This document shows, one piece after another, positions 31,075 to 38,912 of a DNA stretch of 64,000 bases; the stretch's first letter is position 1; each line of letters begins with the position of its first letter. The notes below the pieces were generated by a model. It was not told the DNA's origin. It made no database searches and saw only the letters and a program-made list of their open reading frames with translations. The stretch comes from a virus. The stretch is from positions 27,845 to 91,844 of the IMG/VR virus record IMGVR_UViG_3300031977_002862; one strand, given 5' to 3'. Both the position numbers and the translations under genes were made by a program.

Positions 31075-31239
31075 ATGGCTTTTCTTCTGAAATTTTTGCT
31101 AGAGGCTTGGGCGATCATCGCGCTAATAATTGGCATGATTACTGCTTTCCTCGGCGCTCCGCTTTGGGCCGCCTTCCCAATCGTTTGCGCGATCGCTTGC
31201 GCTTATTCAGCAAGCCTCATTGATGAAATTCTGGAATAG
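31075..31239 (+). CDS. 54-aa membrane protein
   Basis: Translated by hand: MAFLLKFLLEAWAIIALIIGMITAFLGAPLWAAFPIVCAIACAYSASLIDEILE; RBS AAGGGGGT. Confidence 0.6.
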   Translation: MAFLLKFLLEAWAIIALIIGMITAFLGAPLWAAFPIVCAIACAYSASLIDEILE

Positions 31240-31318
31240 GATATATTCCGGATTTTCTCTGGACTTTTTCAAAAACCGCAGGCATACTATGCCTGTTCAA
31301 TCAACTAAAGGAGACGCT

Positions 31319-31621
31319 ATGTCTAACTACTCAACTTCAATGGTAACTGCTCTTCAATCTCAATCTTGGGATTATGAGAGCGCCTCGGCCTTCGCTGCCG
31401 AGCACAATCTGTCGGTTCGTTCTGTCATCTCCAAGATTAAAAATCTTGACCTTGACTATACGCCAAAGCCTAAGACGGTTTCCACCGCTGGCCCTCGCGT
31501 TGTCAAAGCTGACATTGTGGACGCCATCACCAAGGCGCTAGACGCTGACCCCGACTCGCTCGCGGGTCTGGCTAAAGCTGACGCTCGCGCACTCAACGCG
31601 CTATTGATGGCGATTAGCTAA
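31319..31621 (+). CDS. T5 A2-like DNA-binding protein (copy 1)
   Basis: AAGGAG RBS. SVRSVISK...PK...RVVKADIV..I...LAGLAKA resembles the T5 A2 pattern (SVRSKL...IRKAHYV...LASLESA) as I recall it. Confidence 0.75.
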   Translation: MSNYSTSMVTALQSQSWDYESASAFAAEHNLSVRSVISKIKNLDLDYTPKPKTVSTAGPRVVKADIVDAITKALDADPDSLAGLAKADARALNALLMAIS

Positions 31622-31821
31622 TGCTTATCAATGCCTCCGCTTGGGTTGGGACCGCTCTCATGGGGGCGGCTCCCTTCCTCATCGACTCGGCCACTGGTAA
31701 GATCATGGCAATTTTAGGGCTCGCGCTTTTATGCTTGCAAGCCTACGATAAAAAATGCTACAATCTGATCATATTAAACTTGATAGGAATTTTCGGTTAT
31801 GCTTCACACTTTTATCTTTGA
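31621..31821 (+). CDS. Small multi-TM membrane protein
   Basis: Three hydrophobic segments; coupled to the A2 stop. Confidence 0.65.
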   Translation: MLINASAWVGTALMGAAPFLIDSATGKIMAILGLALLCLQAYDKKCYNLIILNLIGIFGYASHFYL

Positions 31822-32263
31822 TCTCGACGGCACGACCGTCAACTCTGATCACCGACTCGGCGAGACTCTCGCAGACTGGCGCAGGATGAATACTCCCGCC
31901 AACATTATGCGAGATACTCCGCTCCCGTTGGCCGAGCAAATGCGCCAGGCCATCCGCGATGGTTTGGACGTTGTGATCTTGACCTCGCGTGTTATGGGTC
32001 ACGCTGACCGCGTTTGGCTACATGCTCACGGCATGGTTGCCCCTGTCATTATGTCGCGGCATATCAGCGACAATCGTCCGGCTGGTGAATACAAGCTTGC
32101 TAAACTTCACGAGCTTGCCGTTGATCGTCGCGTCTCATTCCGCGATCTGGCCGCCTCGGTCGTCATGTGGGATGATGACTCGGATGTCCAACAAACTCTC
32201 GCAAATGCTGGCGTTCGCGTCATCGATCCTGTAAACTTCAATCAATTAGCAGAGGCTATCTAA
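31799..32263 (+). CDS. HAD-superfamily phosphatase
   Basis: FDLDGT motif I, LTSR motif II, K motif III, WDDD motif IV. Confidence 0.85.
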   Translation: MLHTFIFDLDGTTVNSDHRLGETLADWRRMNTPANIMRDTPLPLAEQMRQAIRDGLDVVILTSRVMGHADRVWLHAHGMVAPVIMSRHISDNRPAGEYKLAKLHELAVDRRVSFRDLAASVVMWDDDSDVQQTLANAGVRVIDPVNFNQLAEAI

Positions 32264-32931
32264 TGAAACAGATTATCCTAACCCTTGACACTGAAACCGC
32301 AGACCTAACCGGTGATGTCTATGATGTTGGCTTTGTGGTTCATACGCGAGACGGTGAGATTCTCGAAACTTACAATGCGCTCGTTGAAGAGATCTTCACG
32401 GATGCTAAGAAAATGATGGGCGCATTCTATGCTTCAAAACTTTTCACCCACTACAGCAAAATGCTTTCCGAGCAATCTATCGGCTTTGCATCTTGGGGTG
32501 ATATCGTTGCCAACATTCAACGCGCTATCGCGGAGCATGGCGTTACCACTATCGCCGCCTACAATCTCGGCTTTGACCGTCGTGTCATGCGAAACACTCA
32601 CCGAGCGCTCGGCTTTTCTGGCTCCATTTGTCCGGCTGGCTTGCAACAGCTCGACATCTGGCAATTTGCCTGCGAAACCAAATTGAGCCAAGCCACCTAC
32701 AAAAAACTCGCTCGTGAGGCTGGCTGGGTTTCTGCCGCTGGCAATATCAAGACGGGCGCAGAATACGCATATCGATTTTGCTCTGGCGATTTTGGATTTA
32801 TCGAAGATCATACCGCCTTGAGCGATGCTTTAATCGAGGTTCAGATTCTCGCGGCTTGCTTTGCAACCAAGAAAAAAATTCCGTATAATATCGTGAACGG
32901 CGCACCTTGGAGGATTGTAAACAATGGCTAA
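32263..32931 (+). CDS. DEDDh 3'-5' exonuclease
   Basis: LDTET, AYNLGFD, HTALSDA. Confidence 0.88.
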   Translation: MKQIILTLDTETADLTGDVYDVGFVVHTRDGEILETYNALVEEIFTDAKKMMGAFYASKLFTHYSKMLSEQSIGFASWGDIVANIQRAIAEHGVTTIAAYNLGFDRRVMRNTHRALGFSGSICPAGLQQLDIWQFACETKLSQATYKKLAREAGWVSAAGNIKTGAEYAYRFCSGDFGFIEDHTALSDALIEVQILAACFATKKKIPYNIVNGAPWRIVNNG

Positions 32932-33031
32932 AAAATTCGCAGCTCTGGCTTTCAAAGCCTATCTTGTTTATTCCGTCACCGCTGACTTGCTCGTCATCGC
33001 TGGCATAATTTACCTAATCTTTGGAGGCTAG
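32924..33031 (+). CDS. 35-aa membrane peptide
   Basis: MAKKFAALAFKAYLVYSVTADLLVIAGIIYLIFGG; GGAGG RBS; fills the gap before ppk2. Confidence 0.55.
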   Translation: MAKKFAALAFKAYLVYSVTADLLVIAGIIYLIFGG

Positions 33032-33034
33032 AAA

Positions 33035-33643
33035 ATGCTCAAGGAACAACAAGCAAGACTCAATCGGATTTTAGACTCTCGGGGGCATGGCGGGATTGCC
33101 GTTGTGCTTGAAGGTCGCGACACTGCCGGAAAATCTAGCACGATTCGCGAGGTTACGCATTATCTGAATCCGGCAAAATACAGCGTGCATCTCTCGCGCA
33201 AGCCTAGCAAATCCACCATGAAACACTGGCTCGGGTATTGGTCAAAACGAATGCCCGCAACGAATCAAATCGTATTTTACGATCGAAGCTGGTATTCTCG
33301 CGCAATGGTTCAACGCATGAACGGCTGGTGCTCAGAAACTCAATATGAGAATTTTCTGGCAAAGCATAAATCATGGGAAGAAAAGCAGGGCTTGCGTTTT
33401 ATTAAATTCTGGCTTTCGATTTCAGAAGAGGAACAACGCCGCCGAATTGAACGCCGCAAAGCTTCGCCTCTCACCTATTGGAAATTTTCCGAGAATGACG
33501 AAAATGCGCTCTCGTATTATGACCGCATGACGCTCTTAAAGGAGCGCGTCATTGATTCCGATTGGCACGTGATCGACTACAACGACAAGCGCCAGGGCAT
33601 CCTTGACCTCACCACCCGCCTCTGTGACCTGCTAGAATCCTAG
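33035..33643 (+). CDS. ppk2: Polyphosphate kinase 2
   Basis: EGRDTAGKS Walker A, YDRSWY, KFWLSISEEEQ..R...P...WKFS motifs. Confidence 0.92.
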   Translation: MLKEQQARLNRILDSRGHGGIAVVLEGRDTAGKSSTIREVTHYLNPAKYSVHLSRKPSKSTMKHWLGYWSKRMPATNQIVFYDRSWYSRAMVQRMNGWCSETQYENFLAKHKSWEEKQGLRFIKFWLSISEEEQRRRIERRKASPLTYWKFSENDENALSYYDRMTLLKERVIDSDWHVIDYNDKRQGILDLTTRLCDLLES

Positions 33644-33658
33644 CAGGTTTCATGCCAA
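33641..33658 (-). promoter_or_regulatory. sigma54 (-24/-12) motif
   Basis: TTGGCATGAAACCTGCTA on the minus strand. Confidence 0.55.
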
Positions 33659-33664
33659 CTTTTT

Positions 33665-33680
33665 TGTTTCACGTGAAACA
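33665..33680. promoter_or_regulatory. parS centromere-like site
   Basis: Perfect 16-bp palindrome TGTTTCACGTGAAACA matching the bacterial chromosomal parS consensus; intergenic. Confidence 0.85.
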
Positions 33681-33694
33681 TGAGAAAAACGCGC

Positions 33695-33707
33695 TAACCC
33701 CTTGATT
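33695..33707 (-). promoter_or_regulatory. IHF binding consensus
   Basis: AATCAAGGGGTTA matches WATCAANNNNTTR. Confidence 0.55.
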
Positions 33708-33742
33708 TTATTGGATTTTTGGCGCGCGGGCGCCAGTGCGAA

Positions 33743-33875
33743 AGTGAAGTTCTGAACCTATGTGGCGCGCGTAAAATTTCGAGAGTGCAGTTTCGAGGCT
33801 ATAGTCTCTTATAGCAAGAACCGTGCCAAGTTTTCGGCGCGGCCGCGCCTATTATAGTGCAGTTCCGAACCTATG
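33743..33875 (+). repeat. Three imperfect ~21-bp direct repeats
   Basis: AGTGAAGTTCTGAACCTATGT (33743), AGTGCAGTTTCGAGGCTATAGT (33784), AGTGCAGTTCCGAACCTATGT (33856), interleaved with GGCGCG-rich palindromes. Confidence 0.75.
33812..33829 (-). promoter_or_regulatory. sigma54 (-24/-12) motif, consensus match
   Basis: TTGGCACGGTTCTTGCTA matches TGGCACG-N4-TTGCW. Confidence 0.7.
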
Positions 33876-33879
33876 TCAA
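33851..33879 (-). promoter_or_regulatory. Leftward sigma70 promoter with no downstream ORF
   Basis: TTGACA-17-TATAAT on the minus strand. Confidence 0.8.
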
Positions 33880-33935
33880 GAGTTTTTTACACTTGATGTG
33901 AAAAAAATTATTTCACCTAGTCTCCTAAAAAATTG

Positions 33936-33964
33936 TTGACACGGCTTGCTCCATCCCATATAAT
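33936..33964 (+). promoter_or_regulatory. sigma70 promoter for A2-like copy 2
   Basis: TTGACA-17-TATAAT. Confidence 0.85.
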
Positions 33965-34009
33965 ATCCGCATTGATTGAGAGAACACACACAAACAAAAG
34001 GAAAAATTT

Positions 34010-34321
34010 ATGTCTGCATACACTGATAAAATGGTAAACGAACTCAAAGCTGTTGACTCTTGGAACTACGACCTTGCCTCCGACTATGCCGCTCTGCACG
34101 GCCTGTCAGTACGCTCTGTCATCTCCAAGCTCAAGAACTTAGACATTGACTACACGCCCAAGCCTGTTGTCAAAGCAGCAAGCCCACGCATTCGCAAGGC
34201 TGACATTGTTGTCCAGATTGCCGAAGCATTAGGCATGGCTGACAATGCCGAAGCCCTGGCGGGATTGGAGAAAGCTGACGCACGCTCGCTCACTGCAGTG
34301 CTCAAGCAATTGCCCTGCTAA
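34010..34321 (+). CDS. T5 A2-like DNA-binding protein (copy 2)
   Basis: Clear paralogue of 31319-31621 (LSVRSVISKLKNLDIDYTPKP...KADIV...LAGLEKADAR). Confidence 0.8.
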   Translation: MSAYTDKMVNELKAVDSWNYDLASDYAALHGLSVRSVISKLKNLDIDYTPKPVVKAASPRIRKADIVVQIAEALGMADNAEALAGLEKADARSLTAVLKQLPC

Positions 34322-34337
34322 GGCTTGCTGAAACCAC

Positions 34338-34362
34338 AAAGCCCCGATAAGGGGCTTTTTTT
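34338..34362 (+). terminator. Rho-independent terminator (likely bidirectional)
   Basis: AAAGCCCC-gataa-GGGGCTTTTTTT. Confidence 0.85.
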
Positions 34363-34388
34363 ATGCCTGTAGAAAGCGCTCGGCGCCA

Positions 34389-34417
34389 ATTTTAGTGCCA
34401 AAGTGATGGCATGTCAA
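34389..34417 (-). promoter_or_regulatory. Second leftward sigma70 promoter
   Basis: TTGACA-17-TAAAAT; its flanks duplicate those of the 33851 promoter. Confidence 0.7.
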
Positions 34418-34725
34418 GAGTTTTTTAAATTTTAGCACTTATTTAAGTTTTAGAAGGTCTTGTCGGGGCAAGAGCAAGTTTTTTTAACTTTTTAAGACTT
34501 TTGCAAGCAAATAAAACTTGACCCGAAGTGGTCGTGAGCGCCCGCCCCCGATAAAATTTGCGTCTGCTCTCAGAAGCCCCGGAAAGTAAGAAAACCACCT
34601 AAATTTTGTGTAGATCTACCTATTTTTTAGGTAAAATTTACGGTTTTTAGTTTTTGACGTGGTGCCTAAATTAGTTTTTTAAGTAAAATTTACGATTTTT
34701 TTCATAGGTCCGGTGTAAATATCTT

Positions 34726-34754
34726 TTGACACAGTTGCTCTCAGCTCGTATAAT
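34726..34754 (+). promoter_or_regulatory. sigma70 early promoter
   Basis: TTGACA-17-TATAAT. Confidence 0.85.
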
Positions 34755-34777
34755 ATACGGAAATTAGGAGCAAAATT

Positions 34778-35188
34778 ATGATGTTAAAAAAGTTAGAGAT
34801 TGCAAGAATTACGATGGAGTTGGTATCCGACTACTTCGGGCTGCACGGCACTCGTGTTAAAGTTGTGCCCACCAGAGAAGTAGGAGACCAAGATAACGCG
34901 TACCTCAAGCCCATTTCGGACTGGGAGTATGAGATCGAAGTGCATCCTGACTTTATGAAAAACTCTACAGAAGAAGAGTTAGTCAAAGTTATTGCTCACG
35001 AAATGACTCACGTAAAACAGTATGAATACGACGACCTTGAACTTGGTGTGAAGTGCCAATACTGGAAAGGTGAGATATATGACGAAGAGGTCGAAGGCTA
35101 CTGGTTTATGCCTTGGGAGATTGAAGCCCGAGGTTATGAAGCAGCCTTCTGGGCTCTTTATTCAGACAAATGGGAGCAGTATGTCTAG
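34778..35188 (+). CDS. Zn metallopeptidase-like protein
   Basis: IAHEMTHVKQ (HExxH) and PWEIEA motifs. Confidence 0.75.
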   Translation: MMLKKLEIARITMELVSDYFGLHGTRVKVVPTREVGDQDNAYLKPISDWEYEIEVHPDFMKNSTEEELVKVIAHEMTHVKQYEYDDLELGVKCQYWKGEIYDEEVEGYWFMPWEIEARGYEAAFWALYSDKWEQYV

Positions 35189-35366
35189 GCAAGAAATTAT
35201 GTATAAAATGGATAAGTTCGGTGAGCAGTACGGACATAAGTATGTACTCAACGAATTTATGCTCTATATGAACGATAATCAACTGAAGGAATTTTATGAC
35301 GCATTCAAAAGGCTTCATCCACAATCTTATTATGACGACGAAGGGAACCTACTTGGACAAGATTGA
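35181..35366 (+). CDS. Hypothetical protein
   Basis: ORF starting MSRQEIMY, coupled to the upstream gene. Confidence 0.5.
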   Translation: MSRQEIMYKMDKFGEQYGHKYVLNEFMLYMNDNQLKEFYDAFKRLHPQSYYDDEGNLLGQD

Positions 35367-35435
35367 TATGGCTTACTGGGTTGGCTTTCTTTGTGGTGTG
35401 ATTACACTAAAACTTGTTCTGTTAGGAGTGCTAAT

Positions 35436-35735
35436 ATGGTCAATATAACGGAACCGCTAGAAAAGGTAAATGAGGAATTCTCTGAAACTCTGAAAAGCCT
35501 TGAAGATGGTGAAAACTATTGGAACTATCGAGTAGTAAAACGAGGTTCGTATTATGGTATTCACGAAGTACATTACTGCCAAGGCGGAAAGATTGAGTTG
35601 ATAAGTGAAAATCCTATAGCTATCGAAGCTGATAGCAAAGAAAGTGTAAAATGGATAATGAGAATGATGCAAGCCAACTGGGTTTTGCCTACAATCGACT
35701 ACGATACGTTGGAGGAAATTGATGACATTGTATGA
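35436..35735 (+). CDS. Hypothetical protein
   Basis: WNYRVV...YGIHEVHY motif; AGGAG RBS. Confidence 0.6.
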   Translation: MVNITEPLEKVNEEFSETLKSLEDGENYWNYRVVKRGSYYGIHEVHYCQGGKIELISENPIAIEADSKESVKWIMRMMQANWVLPTIDYDTLEEIDDIV

Positions 35736-36142
35736 AATCTTTATGATGCCTGTGGAGCTGTTCAAGATTGCATTTGCTCTTGTAATCTGGGGCATGATGG
35801 TAATGGGAATCTATGAGTTTGTATTCAAATGGCTTGATGCGAACTCCCTAATTGAGAGGGTAAAGAAATGGCTGAAGCGCTAGGTTTTTTATTCTTTTTT
35901 GCTGTAGGAATTTGTGGCTGTATTTACGGATTGATAGAGGATAATGAAGATGATTGAAGCAATGGCGGCAGCACTTTTTGGAGTGTCTTGTTTAGCAATC
36001 ATAATGTGGGCTTATAAAAAAGATTTGGACAACTTTGATAGAAAGTACCATAAAAGTGATAAACATTATCGAGATAAGGACCACACATGAAGAATAAACT
36101 TGACAGATTTATTGAAGTATTGGACATAACAGTAATAATTCT

Positions 36143-36400
36143 ATGTACACTAATGATTTTTTTAATCGCGGAGAGCGCATGGTAGAAGGTTTGAAAAGAG
36201 TTGTTTATATCAGTGCAGAACCAGACGGCCCTCACTACGGATTTCCGAAGCGTGTGCCTGAAGAGTATATAACTTGGTTTGGTGACACAGACTATGAGTT
36301 AGCGCCTGGAGTGCGCAAGTGGATGACTTCACAAGGATATCCTGGCGTGAATGGGAAGAATGTACAAATCTGGCATCAGATGAGACTTGTAGATGAATAA
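36143..36400 (+). CDS. Hypothetical protein
   Basis: ORF track; YGFPK..P and GYP motifs. Confidence 0.5.
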   Translation: MYTNDFFNRGERMVEGLKRVVYISAEPDGPHYGFPKRVPEEYITWFGDTDYELAPGVRKWMTSQGYPGVNGKNVQIWHQMRLVDE

Positions 36401-36612
36401 ATTATTTTGGGCATTTAAAATGGCTGGAATATGGTTTCTAGTAACTCTTGGGGTTATTAAAGTTCTGGAAATTATACTAGAAGGAGCTATAAAATGACTG
36501 ATGATGACCAACTACTTGACGCAGTGATAAGAAAACAAGTAAGTATTTTTACAATCTCAGATGAAAGATTAAGAAAACTTTTTATAATTCTACTTAGAAG
36601 GATAAGAAATAG

Positions 36613-36828
36613 GTGAAAACTAAAATTTATTGCGTGGTGGAAGACGATACCTGTTGGATTCGTGGAGCCTATTCACGCTTTGAGACGGCCATGAAAATGG
36701 CAAAAGCCTTTCATGGGGTTGATGAAGTAAAACATACTATACGAACGGTTGATTTTGACTTCATTGATTTCGATATCATCGCACAGCACGTCGAGAAAAA
36801 AGTTCTTGACAGAGAGAGGTCATCGTAG
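36613..36828 (+). CDS. Hypothetical protein
   Basis: ORF track; co-oriented with neighbours. Confidence 0.5.
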   Translation: MKTKIYCVVEDDTCWIRGAYSRFETAMKMAKAFHGVDEVKHTIRTVDFDFIDFDIIAQHVEKKVLDRERSS

Positions 36829-36832
36829 TATA

Positions 36833-37060
36833 ATGGATAACATGACTGTCATCGAATTTCCCGAGCATCCTCGACTAAAGCGAGCCAAGGCGATTCTCGC
36901 CCTCGTCGAAGAAAAAATAAAACGAGGCAAACAGCTCAACGCGGAAGTCGATACGCTCATGATGGAATATAATCTGATAATGCTGCAGATTGCTCCTGTA
37001 GAAATAGAAAAGCTTGCAGCACATTTTGCCACACCTCAACAACTGGAGTTGAATTTCTAA
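36833..37060 (+). CDS. Hypothetical protein
   Basis: Downstream of TTGACA-17-TATAAT at ~36805-36834; exact start uncertain. Confidence 0.5.
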   Translation: MDNMTVIEFPEHPRLKRAKAILALVEEKIKRGKQLNAEVDTLMMEYNLIMLQIAPVEIEKLAAHFATPQQLELNF

Positions 37061-37362
37061 TGTATACGAAGGAAGAAGAGAGTTATCTATTAGAAGCCTA
37101 CATCGGGGCAGAGGACAAGCAACTCGTGATAGACGAGTTAGCCAGCCAACTTCAAAAAAGTCGAAGAAGTATTATCGGCAAGTTGTCCCGTTTAGGTGTA
37201 TACGAAAAAAAGGTCTATCTGACCAAAAGAGGGGAAAACCCTATTACAAAACTAGAACTTGTAGCGGAGATCGCAGCGGCACTGAACATTGAGCTAACAA
37301 AGCTCGAAGGATTAGAAAAAGCTCCAAAGGAAGTTCTAAAATGCTTGAAATTATCTGTGTAG
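37060..37362 (+). CDS. A2/D3-family DNA-binding protein (third A2-like paralogue)
   Basis: SRRSIIGKLSRLGVY...ITKLELVAEIA...LEGLEKA. Confidence 0.7.
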   Translation: MYTKEEESYLLEAYIGAEDKQLVIDELASQLQKSRRSIIGKLSRLGVYEKKVYLTKRGENPITKLELVAEIAAALNIELTKLEGLEKAPKEVLKCLKLSV

Positions 37363-37673
37363 CACTCGCAGTTTATTTCGAGTCGAGAGGAGAAGAGTTA
37401 CAAGGCCAGCGTGCCGTTGCTTCTGTGGTCTGGAACAGAAGAGACGATCCACGTTGGCCTTCTTCGTCTTGTGAAGTAGTAAAACAACCAAATCAGTTTG
37501 CAACACTCTTTGAGCCAACTGATCCAAAAGCTTGGCAGACTGCTGTTTTAGTGGCGGCTGAAACACGCAACAATCGAACCACTCCCGCCTTCTTTTTTGC
37601 CACTCCTGGCCTACATAACTACAAATACCTAGAGACGATTGGAAATCACGAATTCTTTGGACTAGAAGAGTAG
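37341..37673 (+). CDS. Cell wall hydrolase (SleB/Hydrolase_2)
   Basis: YFESRGE...Q.AVA.VV.NR, QPNQF, IGNHEF. Confidence 0.85.
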   Translation: MLEIICVALAVYFESRGEELQGQRAVASVVWNRRDDPRWPSSSCEVVKQPNQFATLFEPTDPKAWQTAVLVAAETRNNRTTPAFFFATPGLHNYKYLETIGNHEFFGLEE

Positions 37674-37679
37674 GAAGCC

Positions 37680-38089
37680 TTCGTTCTACTACGGCGGGGC
37701 CGGTCCACCTGTTCGGCTAAGGGGAAACTTCTCCTTTGTCCCCAATGTTTGTGAAAAATCTTTTGAAAATTTTTGGGCTTTTTTCAGGTAAAAAAGTGGC
37801 AGCCAATTAAAAAGACCGAGTAGGTGAAAGGCGGTTGACCCAATTGACCATCCGCCAAATCCCGTATCAGAAGCTTTAGTTGATGCTTCGCATACGTGGG
37901 GTATCAGATCCTTCGTTATTTGACTTCTGTGGAGCAACGCACAACATTTACTATCCGCCTCTCCCTTAGTTCCGAGGCGGGATGTAAGTGTGCGCGAAGC
38001 AGCACTGTATTAAATCAAATCTCAGGATCTGTCTGATTGAAAATATCATGAATCCGCTAATGCGCGGTTCGACTTTGTTGCCAAAATCT
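37680..38089 (-). ncRNA. Putative structured non-coding RNA (~400 nt)
   Basis: Promoter TTGACT-17-TATTAT at 38096-38124; no credible ORF; long interrupted hairpin 37905-38031 plus further stems. Confidence 0.5.
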
Positions 38090-38414
38090 TTACTTATAAT
38101 AGCAGATCGAAAGTTGAAAGTCAAGATTTTTTTACACGCAAGGGTAGAGACAATGAGCAGCAATGCTAAAATTTTTAGTGCACAGACAAAAAACCCGTCA
38201 TTTCGACGGGTCAATTGTAAGTCCAACTTCGACACTCCACCAGAGCCAGGACAGTGTGAGACTTTTATCGTTCACGAAACCTGAATCTTGATAGTAAATC
38301 AATGCCGGCAGAATGTGAAAGATTGAACTTCGTTTCCAGCAATTTTCGCTTCTCATCCACATAATTTTCCTCCTTTGCAACTATTATAATTGAAAGAGCA
38401 AATTGTGTCAAGAG

Positions 38415-38741
38415 TTATTTTTTACCTACTGCATCGGCAGCAAAGAATGCTGAGACGAGTACTGCAATTGAAGCAAAGTACGTTGGTGCAATGTCTGCAA
38501 TGAGATTTGCCGCAGTATCGAGACCAAAAAATGAAGTGCAAAAGATACCAAAAGGATAGAGCAATAAACCAAAGAGCGAAAACCAAGCCATTTTTCGAAT
38601 CGCGTCACGCTGTGCATCTTTATCTTCAAGTTCTTTGCGCTTGAACTCCATGTGCATATCCCACTCTTCTTGTGAAATATGCCCATCACCATTTGCATCA
38701 ATGTGTTTTGCTACTTCAGAATCTACTGTATGCTCGCTCAT
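38415..38741 (-). CDS. EF-hand-containing membrane protein (holin-like)
   Basis: DANGDGHISQEE EF-hand loop followed by two TM helices. Confidence 0.6.
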   Translation of the reverse strand: MSEHTVDSEVAKHIDANGDGHISQEEWDMHMEFKRKELEDKDAQRDAIRKMAWFSLFGLLLYPFGIFCTSFFGLDTAANLIADIAPTYFASIAVLVSAFFAADAVGKK

Positions 38742-38911
38742 TGCTTTTTCTCACACTTGGCATTGAAGAAGTTCAAAGCTAATGCATCGATTACAGGCTG
38801 AACGTAGTTTTGCATAAAGTTGTCGTCAGCCTTCGTCGGGGTTGCCGCACTTACGGCGCTCGCCACTGTAACCAGAGTTGTTAAACCCGTCCAAATTTCC
38901 ATTAAATCCAT
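38738..38911 (-). CDS. Small membrane protein (holin-like)
   Basis: VTVASAVSAATPTKADD motif; GGAG RBS. Confidence 0.5.
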   Translation of the reverse strand: MDLMEIWTGLTTLVTVASAVSAATPTKADDNFMQNYVQPVIDALALNFFNAKCEKKQ

Positions 38912-38912
38912 T

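Noticed and set aside
33665-33680. parS as evidence of a plasmid-like prophage or host contamination
   Set aside because: No parA/parB, integrase or repressor in the window, and the flanks are phage A2-like genes on both sides. Not fully excluded without reads and the rest of the genome.
33720-33890. Repeats as a CRISPR array
   Set aside because: Only three degenerate copies with irregular spacing and no cas genes.
37680-38100. Retron msr/msd or DGR template repeat
   Set aside because: No reverse transcriptase in the window and no matching variable repeat noticed.
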